DNA of 64,000 nucleotides from the human T2T-CHM13v2.0 reference genome, Homo sapiens: assembly GCF_009914755.1 (NCBI RefSeq), contig NC_060934.1. One strand, given 5' to 3'. Below, piece after piece: positions 13,529 through 26,905 of this stretch. Position numbers and translations under genes: made by a program. Below the pieces are notes generated by a model. The model did not search any database, was not told the DNA's origin, and worked only from the letters and a program-made list of their open reading frames with translations. The stretch's first letter is position 1. Each line of letters opens with the position of its first letter.

Positions 13529-14925
13529 AGGAATACATTTAACCAAGGAGGTGAAAGACCTTTACAAGGAGAAGTACAAAACATTGATGAAAGAAATCAT
13601 AAATGATACAAACAAATTGAAACATTTCATTCTTATGGATTAGAAGAATATCATTAAAATGACCATACTGCTCAAAGTAATCTACAGATTCAAGGCAATT
13701 CCCATCATATTACCAACATCACTTTTCACAGAATTAGAAAAAACAATCCTAAAATTCAAGTGGAACCAAAAAAACACCCCAAACAGCCAAAACAATCCTA
13801 AGCAAACAGAACAAAGCCAGAGGCATCACATTACCTGACTTCAAACTATACTACAAAGCTGTAGTAACCAAAACAGCATGGTACTGATATAAAAGTAGAC
13901 ACATTGATTAATGGAACAGAATAGAGAACCAAGAAGTAAAGCCACATGCATACATCTGACTGAACTTCGACAGAACCAACAAAAATAAACTACGGGGAAA
14001 GGACACCCTATTCAGTAAATGGTGCTTGGCAGATTGGCTAGCCATGTGAAGAAGAATGAAACTGCACCCCTGTCTCTCACTATACACAGAAATTAAGATG
14101 GATTAAAGACTTAAATGTAAGATCGAAAACTATAAAAATCCGTGAAGAAAACCTAGGAAAAACTCTTCTGGACATTGGCTTAGGCAAAAGATTTATGAGT
14201 AAGACCTCAAAAGTAAATGCAACAAATCAAAAATAGATAAATGGGACTTAATTAAGCTTTTGCACAGCAGAAGAAACAACAGAGTAAACAGACAACCTAC
14301 AGAATGTGAGAAAATATTTCCAAACCATGCATCTGAAAAATGACCAGTATTCAGAATTTACAAGGAACTCAACAAGAAAAAAAATGTATAACTCCATTAA
14401 AAAAATGGGCAAAGGATATGAACAGACATTTCTCAAAAGAAGACATACAAGCAGCCAACAAACATAAAAAAAACTCAACATCAGTAATCATTAAAGAGAT
14501 GCAAATCAAAACCACAGAGAGATTCTACCTCACACCAGTCAGAATGGCTATTATTAAAAAGTTAAAAAATAACATATGTTGGTGAGGATGTGGAGAAAAG
14601 GGAATACTTATAACACTGTTGGTGGGAATGAAAACTGAAAATTAGTACAACCTCTGTGGAAAACAGTACAGAGATTTAGCAAATAACTAAAAATAGAATT
14701 ACCATTTGATCCAGCAGTCCTACTACTAGACATCTACCTAGAGGAAAAGAAGTTATTATATCAAAATGATATCTGCACTTGTATGTTTATCACAATAAAT
14801 ATAAATTATCAAAATAGCAAAGTCATGGAATCAACTTAAGTGTCCATTAGTAGTTGATTGGATAAAGAAAATGTGGTGTATATACACCATGGAATACTAT
14901 GCAACCATAAAAAAGAATGAAACTG

Positions 14926-15250
14926 AGACTGGGCCTAGTGGCTCATGCCTGTAATCCCAGCAGTTTGGGAGGCTGAGGCAGGCGGATCACTTGAGGCCAG
15001 GAGTTCAAGACCAGCTTGGCCAACATGGCTAAACCCTGTCTCTACTAAAACTACAAAAATTAGCCAGACATGGTGGCACAAATGCCTGCGATCCCAGCTA
15101 TTCGGGAGGCTGAGGCACAAGAATCACTCGAACCCGGGCAGAGGCTGCAATGGCGGAGGCTGCGGTGCGCTGAGATTATGTCACTGCACTCCAGCCTGGG
15201 CAACAGAGCAAGACTCTTTCTCCAGAAAACAAAACACAACAACAACAAAA
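14926..15250 (+). mobile_element. Alu nested in the L1 3' region
   Basis: Alu dimer with a (CAA)-rich tail. TSD aagaatgaaactg / aagaatgaagctg. Confidence 0.92.
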
Positions 15251-15874
15251 GAAGAATGAAGCTGTATTCTTTGTAGCAACATGGACAGAGCTGGAGGCCA
15301 TTATTCTAAGTATAATAAGTCAGAAACAGGAAATCATATACTGCATGTTCTCACTTGTAAGTGGGAGCTAAACAGTGGGTACACATGGACATAAACATGG
15401 AAATAATAGATACTGGGGACTTCAGAAGTGGGGAGGATGGGTGGGGGATAAGAGTTGAAAAATTACCTATTGGGTACAGTGTTCACTGTTTGGGTGATGG
15501 GTTTCTAGAAGCTCAGACCTCACCATTATGCAACATGTTCATGGAGTAAACTTACACATCATGAATCTAAAATAAAAAAAAAATCTGTATCCATGTTCAG
15601 GGCCTTTTTCATACTACTGCTACCTTGCCTACATTCCCAGGCTAAGACCATTTGAGATTATTTATATTTTTCTTAATGCTCCCATCTATTCCTCCTTTAA
15701 GGCTGTATTCAGACTTTTATTTTCTCCCCTCCCTCTAAGGGTTAACTGTTCAATGATGAGACCCCATGGCACTTTAAATCACACCCTGGTTTTCTGCCTT
15801 TCTCCTTCCTGTTGTATCGTGAGGACAGCCTCTTTTCATCTTTCTGTGCTGTGATACTGACTTAGTGTGTTTAG

Positions 15875-16319
<445 letters not shown>

Positions 16320-16326
16320 ACACTGA

Positions 16327-16643
<317 letters not shown>

Positions 16644-17114
16644 TGGGCTTTTCTTCAGTAAAATTCTCATTTTCTGATGTTTATGCCCCTTTAACTCAGG
16701 TTTTATCGTACATCCTGCATCAGTATTAAGTTTCTTCTTAGTATGAATGTTTAGATTCTATTGCTTTGGGTTAGAATAAAGTCTCAAAGTTTGGTTTGTG
16801 ATCCATAAGGTTATTTCATGGCTGGACTTTGCCTTGTTTACATTTGTCCTTTCACTGTGAATACATAGCCTTTTTTATCTTTTCTACTGAGGCCACTGTA
16901 GAATGTTATTTTCCACATTCATTCATACTCATGAAGTGGTGGGAAGGGTTGGATAGATGGTGTTGATGATCTCTACAAAGTGATGCAGAAACCAGTGTAC
17001 TTGTACCTATTAAAAAGTGACAGCAAAAAGTACAAATGACTCCCTCCCACCCCCTTGAGCCATTTGCACATAAGCTTCCTACCTGAAGCCCTATGGCCTT
17101 CAGATACTTTAATA

Positions 17115-17453
17115 CAGTAATTCCCAAACTTTCTGGCACCAGGGACTGGTTTTGGGGAAGACAGTTTTTCCATGGACTGGAGTGCAGATGGAGATGGTTT
17201 TAGGATGAAACCCTTCCACCTCAGATCATCAGGCATTAGATTCTCATAAGGTGTGTGCAACCTAGATCCCTCATGTGCGCAGTTCACAATAGGGTTCTCT
17301 CTCCTATGAGAATCTATTGCTGCTGGTGATCTGACAGGAGGCAGAGCTCAGGCAGTAATGCTCATTTGCCTGCTGCTCACCTCTTGCTGTGCAGCTCAGT
17401 TCTTAACCAGCCATAGACTGGTACTGGTCCATGGCCCAGGGGTTAGACTCCTG
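17115..17453 (+). mobile_element. MER1B (hAT-Charlie) DNA transposon
   Basis: 339 bp with the core cacctcagatcatcaggcattagattctcataagg. 8-bp TSD ctttaata / ctttaatg. Confidence 0.88.
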
Positions 17454-17596
17454 CTTTAATGTATACTTCTTGGAAACAAGAACATTTTCCTATATAATCA
17501 CAGAATAACCATTCGCATCATAAAATTAACATGAATGCATTACTACCACCAAATCCTCGGACCCCATTCAAGTTTCTCCATCTGACCAATAATAAC

Positions 17597-18205
17597 TTTT
17601 TTTTTTTTTTTAGTTGTCAAATGATCCTTTATTGAAATATTTTCCTTTGTGCTTCTTAACTAGCTGGCCATTCTACCGCACCACTGTTTATGTCATCTAT
17701 GATGTCATGAGGGTGGCGGCCATCAGCATTGCAGCCCACAGACTAGGCAGTCCCCAGGATCTCTTTAATCGTTCCAGAGAGTTCTCTGGCTAAAGATCAG
17801 TGCCACATCTGTCGAGCAATGTTGACAATCTCATCAAAAGTGATATTTTCACCTTTTTTAATATTTTCCTGTTTCTTTCTGTCTCCTGGCAGTTCCTTGA
17901 GGGCTTTGATGATCGGTGCAGAGGGAGAAGGTACCACGTCAATCTGGGCCTGTCTATTCTGAATAGTCAGTTTCACTGTAATTCTCAGATCCTTCGAGGT
18001 ACTGGTTGCCCTGGGGGCCGATCTTGGGGGCCAGTGCAGATGTGGCATTGACTTTACCTCGATACACCTCAGATACACAACTTTGATCTCAAAGCTGGGG
18101 TGGAACTTCAGCAGCATGGTGGAGGCAGCTGGTGTTGGATGAACCTGGATTTGGTACAACCAAAGAGAGTTGCACCTTGGCCTCTTCTGAGCCAAAAACT
18201 GAAGG
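17597..18205 (-). pseudogene. RPL12P29: Processed pseudogene of ribosomal protein RPL12
   Basis: Intronless. 5'UTR plus ATG (18117-18115), [21 protein letters not shown]...[14 protein letters not shown], original stop at 17658-17656, AATAAA (tttatt 17628-17633), poly-A (T 17597-17611). TSD caataataac / cagtaatatc. Frameshifts, an internal deletion and a premature TGA at 17799-17797. RPL12 origin is firm; the P29 number is from recall. Confidence 0.92.
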
Positions 18206-18773
18206 CAGTAATATCTTCTATAGTAAAAAGATCCGTGTTAGAATCACACGTTGGTTTTGTTAATCAGGGACTTTAGTCTCTTCAGTCTCCTGGCCAGTGA
18301 GTGCTCCTTCAAACAGACTCCTGTGTGTTTTTCTTCTCTCATAATTCTTTGAGCACTCCCTTGCTCTTTTGTACAAGATGTTTTAGTCTCATCTTTCATT
18401 TTTTTCTGCCCTAGGCCTGGAATGAGTGATTTCTCCTAGAGCCCTTGTTCTTTTTATTAGGAAATGCTGTTTCAGAGCCAAGTTTTGGGGGCTAGATGTG
18501 CTCACTGCTATTGAAAAGTTGCTGCTCATAGGCATCTTCAGTGGTGAGAGCTAGGGAATATATTTATATATATACATATATACTTCCACACACATGTATC
18601 AATATTTATGTCCACATTATTTATATATTTTGAAAACCGTGAATTCAAACTAATACCACCAATTCCATCCTAACACCACAGGATTCAATTCTAGTTTTTT
18701 CCCTTTCTATATTTGCAGTCCCCATCTCTGACGGTGATAAACCTGACTTCCATTATTATCCTTAAAATATTTA

Positions 18774-19171
18774 CAGTTATGCATTATTTAACAATGGAAA
18801 TACATTCTGAGAAATGTGTTAGGTAATTCCATTGTTGTGAAAGCATCATAGAATGTACTTACACAAACTTAGAAGTTGTAGCCTACTATACACCTAGGCT
18901 ATGTGATATTAGCCTATTGCTCTTAGGATACAAACCTGTATAGCATGTTACCTTACTAAATACTGTAGGCAATTGTAACAATAACGATATTTGTGTATCT
19001 AAGCATATCTAAATATAGAAAAGGTAATGCACTGCACTATGATGTTATGATAGTTATGACATCATTATGTTACTAAGCAATAGGAATTTTTCAGCTCCGT
19101 TATAATCTGAAGGGACCAGTTTTATATGCAGTCAGTCATTGACCAAAATGTTGTTATATGGTGCACGACTG
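18774..19171 (+). mobile_element. Tigger3/MER7-type TcMar DNA transposon
   Basis: TIRs cagttatgca... / ...tgcacgactg, left TA target, internal gtagcctactatacacctaggct and tacaaacctgtatagcatgttac. Confidence 0.85.
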
Positions 19172-19390
19172 TTCTTATTTGATTAACTTCCATCTTTGTA
19201 ACCCACTTCACTTCTGCCACCGTATCCTTTTCCACATCAATGTCTTTCTCATCCTACTTGGGCTCTGAAACCTCTATACTATTAATACATGGATTATTTG
19301 AAGGAGGATTTATGGAGATGATCTTGGACATCTTAATCTTAATCATACAGACACAGTATAAATATTCTAAGACCTTAACATGTATCTGGT

Positions 19391-22216
19391 TTTGCTGCCT
19401 AGAAGAGGAGGCTTGTACAGCACCTGTTACTCACTTTGCTTATATACTTGATACCCTGGTCTTTGCATTTAGTAAATACCAGCATAAGAACCTGCTCGTG
19501 CTTTACAATGCCTTAGGAACATTAGCAGATTCAGTAGGACATCATTCAAACAAACCAGAATATATTCAGATGCTAATGCCTCCACTGACCCAGAAATGGA
19601 ACATGTTAAATGGTGAAGATAAGGATCTCTTCCCTTTACCTGAGTGCCTATCTTCAGTTGCCACAGCACTGCAGTCTGGCTTTCTTCCATACTGTGAACC
19701 TGTGTAAGAGACAATGAGGAAAACTTGCCCAAGCCATGCTAAACAATGCTCAACCAGATCAATATGAAGCTCCAGATAAAGATTTTATGTTAGTGTCTCT
19801 TGATTTACTGAGTGGCCTGGCTGAAGGACTTGGAGGCAACATTGAACAGCTGGTAGCCCAAAGTAACATCCTAACACTAATGCATCAGTGGATGCAGGAT
19901 AAAATGCTAGAAGTTCGACAGAGTTATTTTGCCCTGTTAGGTGACCTCACAAAAGCTTGCTTTCAGCATGTTAAGCCTTGTATAGCTGATTTCATGCCAA
20001 TACTGGGAATCAACCCAAATCCAGAATTCATTTCAGTCTGCAACAATGCCACATAGGCAGTTGGAGAAATCTCCATTCAAATGGATATAGAGATGCAGCC
20101 TTATATTCCTATGGTGTTGCACTAGCTTGTAGAAATCATTAACAGACCCAACACACCAAAGACATTGTTAGAGAATACAGCAATAACGATTGGTCGTCTT
20201 GGTTACGTGTGTCTTCAAGAGGTGGCCCCCATGCTACAGCAGTATGAAGACCCTGGTGCACCTTTCTGAGAAACATAAGAGACAATGAGGAAAAGGATTC
20301 AGCATTCCGTGGAATTTGTACCATGATCATTGTGAATCCCAGTAGTGTAATCCAAGATTTTATATTTTTTTGTGATGCTGTTGCATCATGGATTAACCCA
20401 AAAGATGATCTCAGAGACACATTTCGGTGTAAGATCCTTCATGGATTTAAAAATCAAGTAGGCGATAAAAATTGGAGGCATTTCTCTGACCAGTTTCCTC
20501 TTCCCTTAAAAAGAGCGTCTTGCAGCTGTTTATGGTGTTTAATACACTTAAGCTGCAGTCCCAAAATTAGGGGTCCTTCAGTCTTGGAGACTATGAGGGA
20601 GCCTCTGCACCCAGGGAAAATACTACCCTTTACGGGGGGAAGGGTAAACCGGTAGGGAATACACTACAATCTCAACCCTACTGGAAGGGGCAGGAGGGAG
20701 GTGTTGCTGTCACTGTATTAGGTTGATGTTGGGAAACGTTTTAACATGTGGAGCCTTTGTGGGTTGAAATATGTCTCCAGCTACAACTCTGCACTGGATC
20801 TGAAGAAGCAAAAAAAAAAAAAAAAAAAAAAAAATCTGTTCAGTCTACTCACAAAACAGCACATTGTGGAATATTATGGAGAATTGTACCAAAACAGGAA
20901 CCATATAAATGATGCATAGGGACAAGAAAGAGGAACAATTCTATAGCGCACAATAAAGGAAACCTAAGAATGGGAGTTACAAATAGTAAAGAAGCTTTTT
21001 TCTTTTTTTATTTAAAGTTTTTTTTTTAATCCAAGTTTTCCCACATGATGGGGCTTTGTTTTGCATATTGATGAAGAACTGCACAAACAGAACTAATATA
21101 GTTAAAATCAGCTTGCCTTCCCATAGTAGAAGCAGGTTCTTGGAAGTTACAATTTAAGGTACCCCAAAAAAGTTGGAAATAGAACAAAACAAACATGAAC
21201 AATGAAGCACCCTGTGAAATGCCAAATGAGTCACTCCTTTTACCTTTTTTGGGGTGTGCAGGCTGGGTGGAATAAATGGGGCTTGGTATATCAAACTAAA
21301 GATGACATCTTAATTTTGCATTGAACATTAATGTAGCGGATATAATTTGATGGTTGCACTTCATTAGATTTAATTTCTAGGCCAATATGTTATTTTTTAA
21401 AGTGCAGTTTAAGGGTTAGGCATGCTTTCTGGCTCATAGTGGTTGAAAGTAATTTAAATTAGTGGGGAAGTAGCATGCTTGCATCACATAGAGTGAGACT
21501 GGTATTCATTTACCTATGTTGCAGCAATTTGTGTTGCAGTTTACCAATTTAGTGTAGCCCTGCTACACTAAATTGTTCCTTCTTAAGATTTGTGGGTTTT
21601 ATTTTCATTAAGAATATAGACATATAAAGTACTGTAGTTTACAGTTAGTCCTTGAAATGTCTTTTTTAGGATCTGTTAGGAATAAGATTGATATTGCATT
21701 GTGTGTAACCTGCACAATGTGGAAAGCTGATATACCTGTGCAAAATCTTTGCCTCTGTGCTGTCAGTGTGATGTGCTTTCTGCATGGTTATATACTACTC
21801 ATGATTCTATCAAAACTTCTAAAATTTAAATTACGTGGTAAAAGATGTGTAAAAGGCTGCGTAAATGTCAGTTGGCACATAAAGACAATTGTAGAAGTTG
21901 AAAAATGATTGCTGTATTTCAGTGTTTTATCCCCACTCAACATACTGCCTTCTAAGCTTTCTTTTTTTTTGTTCAAAGCATGATCTTAAAGATATGTTTA
22001 AGTTAATGGGTGTAATGCAGGGTTCCTACGCTGTATTTTGGTGCATGTTGGTGGCCCTCTGTGCCGTAGATGTATGCACATAGGTTGCAAGTGAAAAGCT
22101 ACAGAGTGAAAGTTGGTTTGGATCCTCTTCATTTCATTTGTTTAGCTTTTCTGTTATTTTTCTCTACTTACATGTATTCCTGTGAATAAATCCTTGTTAA
22201 CCTTTAAAAAATTAAA
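19391..22216 (+). pseudogene. TNPO1P1: 5'-truncated processed pseudogene of transportin-1: C-terminal HEAT repeats plus about 1.7 kb of 3'UTR
   Basis: Intronless TNPO1 peptides LEEEAC...[37 protein letters not shown] and [22 protein letters not shown], ending YGV-TAA at 20540-20542. Several stops and frameshifts. AATAAA at 22185-22190 followed by a short A tract. No convincing TSD found. The P1 number is from recall. Confidence 0.92.
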
Positions 22217-22679
22217 GGTACTGTTTAATACTTTTCACTTAGTTTTGTATACACATTATGACATAACCTATTTACAAAGTAAGTTTCTAAGGTATCACGT
22301 GTCATAATAGCAAGCTGCAAGTAACTAAAAATGTGATGCTAGCATAGATGTGGTAGTGGAGGGACAGCTTATAGAAAGTTGAGATGGTCCTAATGTAGGT
22401 AAATAGAAATCTCAAACTGATATTGATACTTTCAGGTATGCTTTGACATTGAGTTACAAAATTTGAACGAATAGAAGGGAGCTACTCCAACTCCAGTAGT
22501 GAATCTTCCATGTACATTTAATTATCAGTATAGATCTTTTTGTCCTATTAATATAACTTTTAGGTGTGAAGAAAAGTTTAAATGTATGAAATGTAGTTGT
22601 TGTGATTCTTTAAACATAATTATATTTTTCTTCATTCAGCATTAATGTTTCTTATAGATTATGTTACAATATGAAGTTC

Positions 22680-22875
22680 AGTTCAATAATTCTTGAGCTT
22701 CTACTATGCTCCAGGCATACTCTTAATTTCTGAGGACACTGAGGTGGATAAGGCTGTCCTTGTCCTTAATTAGTTCAAAATCTTGTTTGATAGGCAGATA
22801 AATTATAAACACATGATCGTAGTATGAATTTATAAATGATTAGTATGCATATGCTCTTGAAATAACAAAAGGAAA

Positions 22876-22918
<43 letters not shown>

Positions 22919-23150
22919 GGGTCATTCAGAAGCTTTTGAAGAGGAAGTTAACTTGTGAGTTGAGTGTTGAAGAATGAATGCAAGTTTTACCAGTTGGCCA
23001 AGGAAATTAGATGGTGAGCATTTTAGCATACGGAACAGCATGTACAGCATGAGTATATCACAAAATCATGATGTGTGAGAGGAACATCAGCATTGCTGAG
23101 TATAGGGTATGGGGTAGAGGGTAGTTAGAAATGACCCCAGGGAAGTAAGA
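22680..23150. mobile_element. L2 fragment containing a (TG)n repeat
   Basis: ttcaataattcttgagcttctactatgctccaggcatac...tgagtgttgaagaatgaatg are L2-like. Confidence 0.55.
22879..22916 (+). repeat. (TG)n microsatellite
   Basis: About 19 uninterrupted TG units. Confidence 0.95.
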
Positions 23151-23438
23151 TGGTGGAAAGGAAGAAAAATTCAGTATCTCAAACTGAAAGGACAAATTAT
23201 ATTTATAAATCAGATTTTTAAAATAAGAAAGATATAACATTAAATATTATAAATATTTCTGTATCAGATCTTCATACACCCCACCTATGTATGAGACCAT
23301 GAACAGAGTACTTTTTTTCTGAACATTTTTTCTCATAAAAATGAAGTTACTGGATTACCTAAACTCCTTCTTGATCAAAGCCTGTGTTGCAGAGAAAAAG
23401 TCAGTGAACTTAAAAGTAATTTGTTAATAAACAGAGTA

Positions 23439-23851
<413 letters not shown>

Positions 23852-24289
23852 CTATTATAAAATTGTTATAGTTAATGAGGACACTGAAGCTAAGAGTCTT
23901 TCACTAATTGAATGAATTTTAGGAGTTGTTGAAGTTGCTATTCTGGCCTGAATAAGTAATTAAATATTTTTCAATTTAGGTTATTTGGTTTTATTGTCCC
24001 GTGGTGATTATAAGTATTGCTTTCAGGCTCTTCAACTTCTAGTGGCATTTGTGTGGTACTTCCGCAATCTTTTATCCCTTTCCTGGTCCTGGGAGTCAGG
24101 CAACCTGTATTAGCAGAAGCTGCCAGCTTGGTAGCTTAAGTTGGGTTGCATGGAGACACAGATAGGAAAGTTGGTCTGTGGAACCTCTTTCTACCTTTTA
24201 GTACATGGTGAAGGAGAAAATAGCATGATAACATTAGACCAACCATTGGGAAACCCAGATTTCAGCCGTAGCTGAATAAGTAGTGTCTC

Positions 24290-25450
24290 ATATGACCACA
24301 AAATATTCCAGGCTTATCTTGTATTTTCCCTGCCCTAGCCCTTGAGTCATTATGTCTCCAAGGAAGATTTTTATTGGAGAATGAGATTTAGAAACCAAGA
24401 TCTGGGGCCTAGGTGTGTTCGTTGCTACTGAGGTGTAATTACTTTTAGTTATTGTGGCAGACAGAACTGACAATTATATGTATACACACACACTTCTCTT
24501 CTATATTTATTTCTGTATCCATTTCCGTATATATTAAAGACCAAGAGCTCACACGGATACCTTTGACTCCAATCAAATGCCACAGAATTTGTTCTAGCCT
24601 TTCTTCTTATTTTTAAGCCTTTTCTCAGAAAGTGAGAAACTTGGTTTCTCAACCACAATATATTTTCTTAGTTATTCAACACTGTGTGTGTGTGTGTGTG
24701 TGTGTGTGTATAAGGATTATAGTATATATTCATACATAGTTATAGATATAGTATATATAGTATATTATATACCATAACTATACTATATTTATACTATATT
24801 ATATACACACAGTTTCAGAATTGCTAACTTACACCCTATGAAAAAGATTTACTAACTTACAATATTTGTTTAGCATTTTTTTTTTAAACCTTAACCTTAC
24901 AGAATACAATAAGTACTGTTTTCCAAGTTTACTTACGTTAGTTGTTTTAGTTCTCAATCCTTTCAGCGTGATTGTATTATTCATTTGTAATACTTTTAGG
25001 TTCATTTGTTGCTGTTTGTATTTCGTTTTGGGTTCTGCCCACATCGTGGTTTATTTAAAGTACTCATTTATTTCATGTTACTTCATAGAGATCTTCCCTT
25101 TTCTTCTTTTTAAAAAAATATTTTATTTTTAAATTTTAACCTATGTATGTATTTGTTTGTTTATTTTGAGACTGGGTTATGAGACTGGCTAATTTTTGTA
25201 TTTTTGGTAGAGATGGGGTTTCACCATGTTGCCAAGGCTGGTCTTGAACTCCTGGGCTTAAGTGATCGACCCGTCTTGGCCTTCCAAAGTGTCGGGATTA
25301 CAGGCGTGAGCCACCACACCTGGCCGAGATCATCCTTATTCTTTTTGTACCGCTGTATACTACTTATTTTGTAGATTGTGCATTGTTTATTCAATTACTC
25401 TCCCAACAATGGGCATCAAGATTGTTTCCAATATTTTACAGTTATAAACT
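24290..25450 (-). mobile_element. L1MC-type fragment with (TG)n/(TA)-rich repeat and a nested short Alu (about 25140-25325)
   Basis: Similar to the copy at 18370-18730. The short Alu is flanked by a TSD-like gagatcttcccttttc / gagatcatccttattc. Confidence 0.6.
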
Positions 25451-26460
25451 GCCGTAATGACTATGCTAGTATAGAGCAGTATTATTTTTGTAATTTAGAT
25501 AAAAAAACACATCTACCACCTTACTTGTGTCCATACCAGCTCCTATTCAGTTGTGTAGAAACTTCTGCATATAAAAGTGCTAGTCAGTATTACTATATGA
25601 AAGTTGCTATGCATGGTATTCTATTTTCCTAGAACATTCCAGTGACTTTCTACTCTTACCTAAAGCTTACTGGTAAATCTTAAGTGCATTGATTAATAAA
25701 TCTCTGGTATTACCATAATCTACTCATAAAATCATCCTATGATATTTTTATTACCACCTCCCCCAAAGTATAATGTCCTTAAGATATGAAATTCTGCAGT
25801 AAAACAGAACAAAAAGAAAAGCTTTTAAAAAATGTTACTGAAACTTCATTTGATGTAATATACAAAAATGTGATGGGGCTGTCCTCAGGTTAAATGGGCA
25901 CTGATGGATGCACTGTAACTTGACTGGTTTGAGGACAGAAAATTGAACCTAAAATAAGGAAATTCTGACTGCTAAAGGAATTGAGGTCACTCAATACATT
26001 CATTTTCTCTCATCTAACAAAAAGACTACACATACCACTAATGCACTTGGCATTTTGATTTATTAAATATATATGTTAACTGAAGTCTGCCACCGACTGT
26101 TATAATCAGTATAGCTGAAATTACTCATCTGAAGCCTGTGAAGGCTGAAGTAAAAAAGTAAATTTTAAAAGGCTTAAGTAAAGTCCAGTCAAGCAAAACT
26201 TGATTTGAGCTTACTGCTGAGGTCTACAACATATTACATTACTGCAACCATTAGAAGTCCCACCAGTCACACCTGACTCTTCTCCTTTTTCAGGTGCTAA
26301 TGTGCTTCTGTAGTGGCCTATTTCTGTTTCAGCCTTTGTAAGGCATCACAGAAAGGAAGGAACAAATATTTAAATTATAGAAAGTGAATGCAGTAAGTAT
26401 AGGATTGACTCTAAAACAGTAGAAACAAATAAGCCTAATTATAGCATTTGAGAAACAGGG

Positions 26461-26905
26461 TGTATTCGTTTTCTCTGGCTGCTGTGACAAATTACCACAA
26501 ATACAATGGCTTAAAACAACACACTGTTTGTTATCTTACTATCCTCTCTAGCTTACAAGTCAGACACATGTCTCTGCAGGCTAAAATCAAGATGTCAGCA
26601 GGGCTAGGTGCCTTCCTGGAGACTCGAGGGAAGAATCCATTTCCCTGTCTTTTCCACCTTCTAAAAACTGCCTTTGGTTCATGACTTCCTTCCTCTGTCT
26701 TCAAACCGAGCAACACCGCACCTCTTTGACCATTCTCCTTCTGTCTGTCTTCTGCCTCCCTCTTCCATTCTGAGTGATTATTATACATTGGGCCCCCTCA
26801 GATAATCCAGGATAATACCTCTATTTTAAGGTCAGCTGACTGGCAACCATAATTCCCTCTTTGCTATGTAAGCTATCATATTTACAGGGATTATTCTGCT
26901 TATCA
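26461..26905 (-). mobile_element. MLT1 (MaLR) LTR
   Basis: tgtattcgttttctctggctgctgtgacaaattaccacaaa...ggcttaaaacaac...gataatccaggataat are typical of MLT1B/C. Confidence 0.8.

Larger units (their letters stand above)
12269..15580 (+). mobile_element. 5'-truncated L1 (L1PB/L1MA-age) with decayed ORF2 and 3'UTR
   Basis: ORF fragments are L1 ORF2/RT ([33 protein letters not shown]). Ends aataaaaaaa. Perfect 11-bp TSD aaatctgtatc at 12258-12268 and 15581-15591, at a TTT|AAA endonuclease site. Confidence 0.92.
17462..19270 (-). mobile_element. Old L1MC-type 3' fragment hosting the RPL12 retrocopy and a Tigger element
   Basis: Continuous L1MC4/5-like sequence resumes on each side of the nested inserts. 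A similar copy lies at about 24290-25450. Confidence 0.55.

Noticed and set aside
12325-14585. Reverse-transcriptase-like ORFs as a novel RT system
   Set aside because: They are fragments of decayed L1 ORF2 bounded by a TSD and poly-A.
19240-19707. 155-aa ORF as an independent gene
   Set aside because: The N-terminal 50 codons come from L1-derived and flanking DNA with no promoter evidence; the rest is TNPO1 pseudogene.
20810-20834. Long A run as the poly-A tail ending the TNPO1 retrocopy
   Set aside because: No poly(A) signal precedes it and 3'UTR-like sequence continues to the AATAAA at 22185. More likely an expanded internal A tract.
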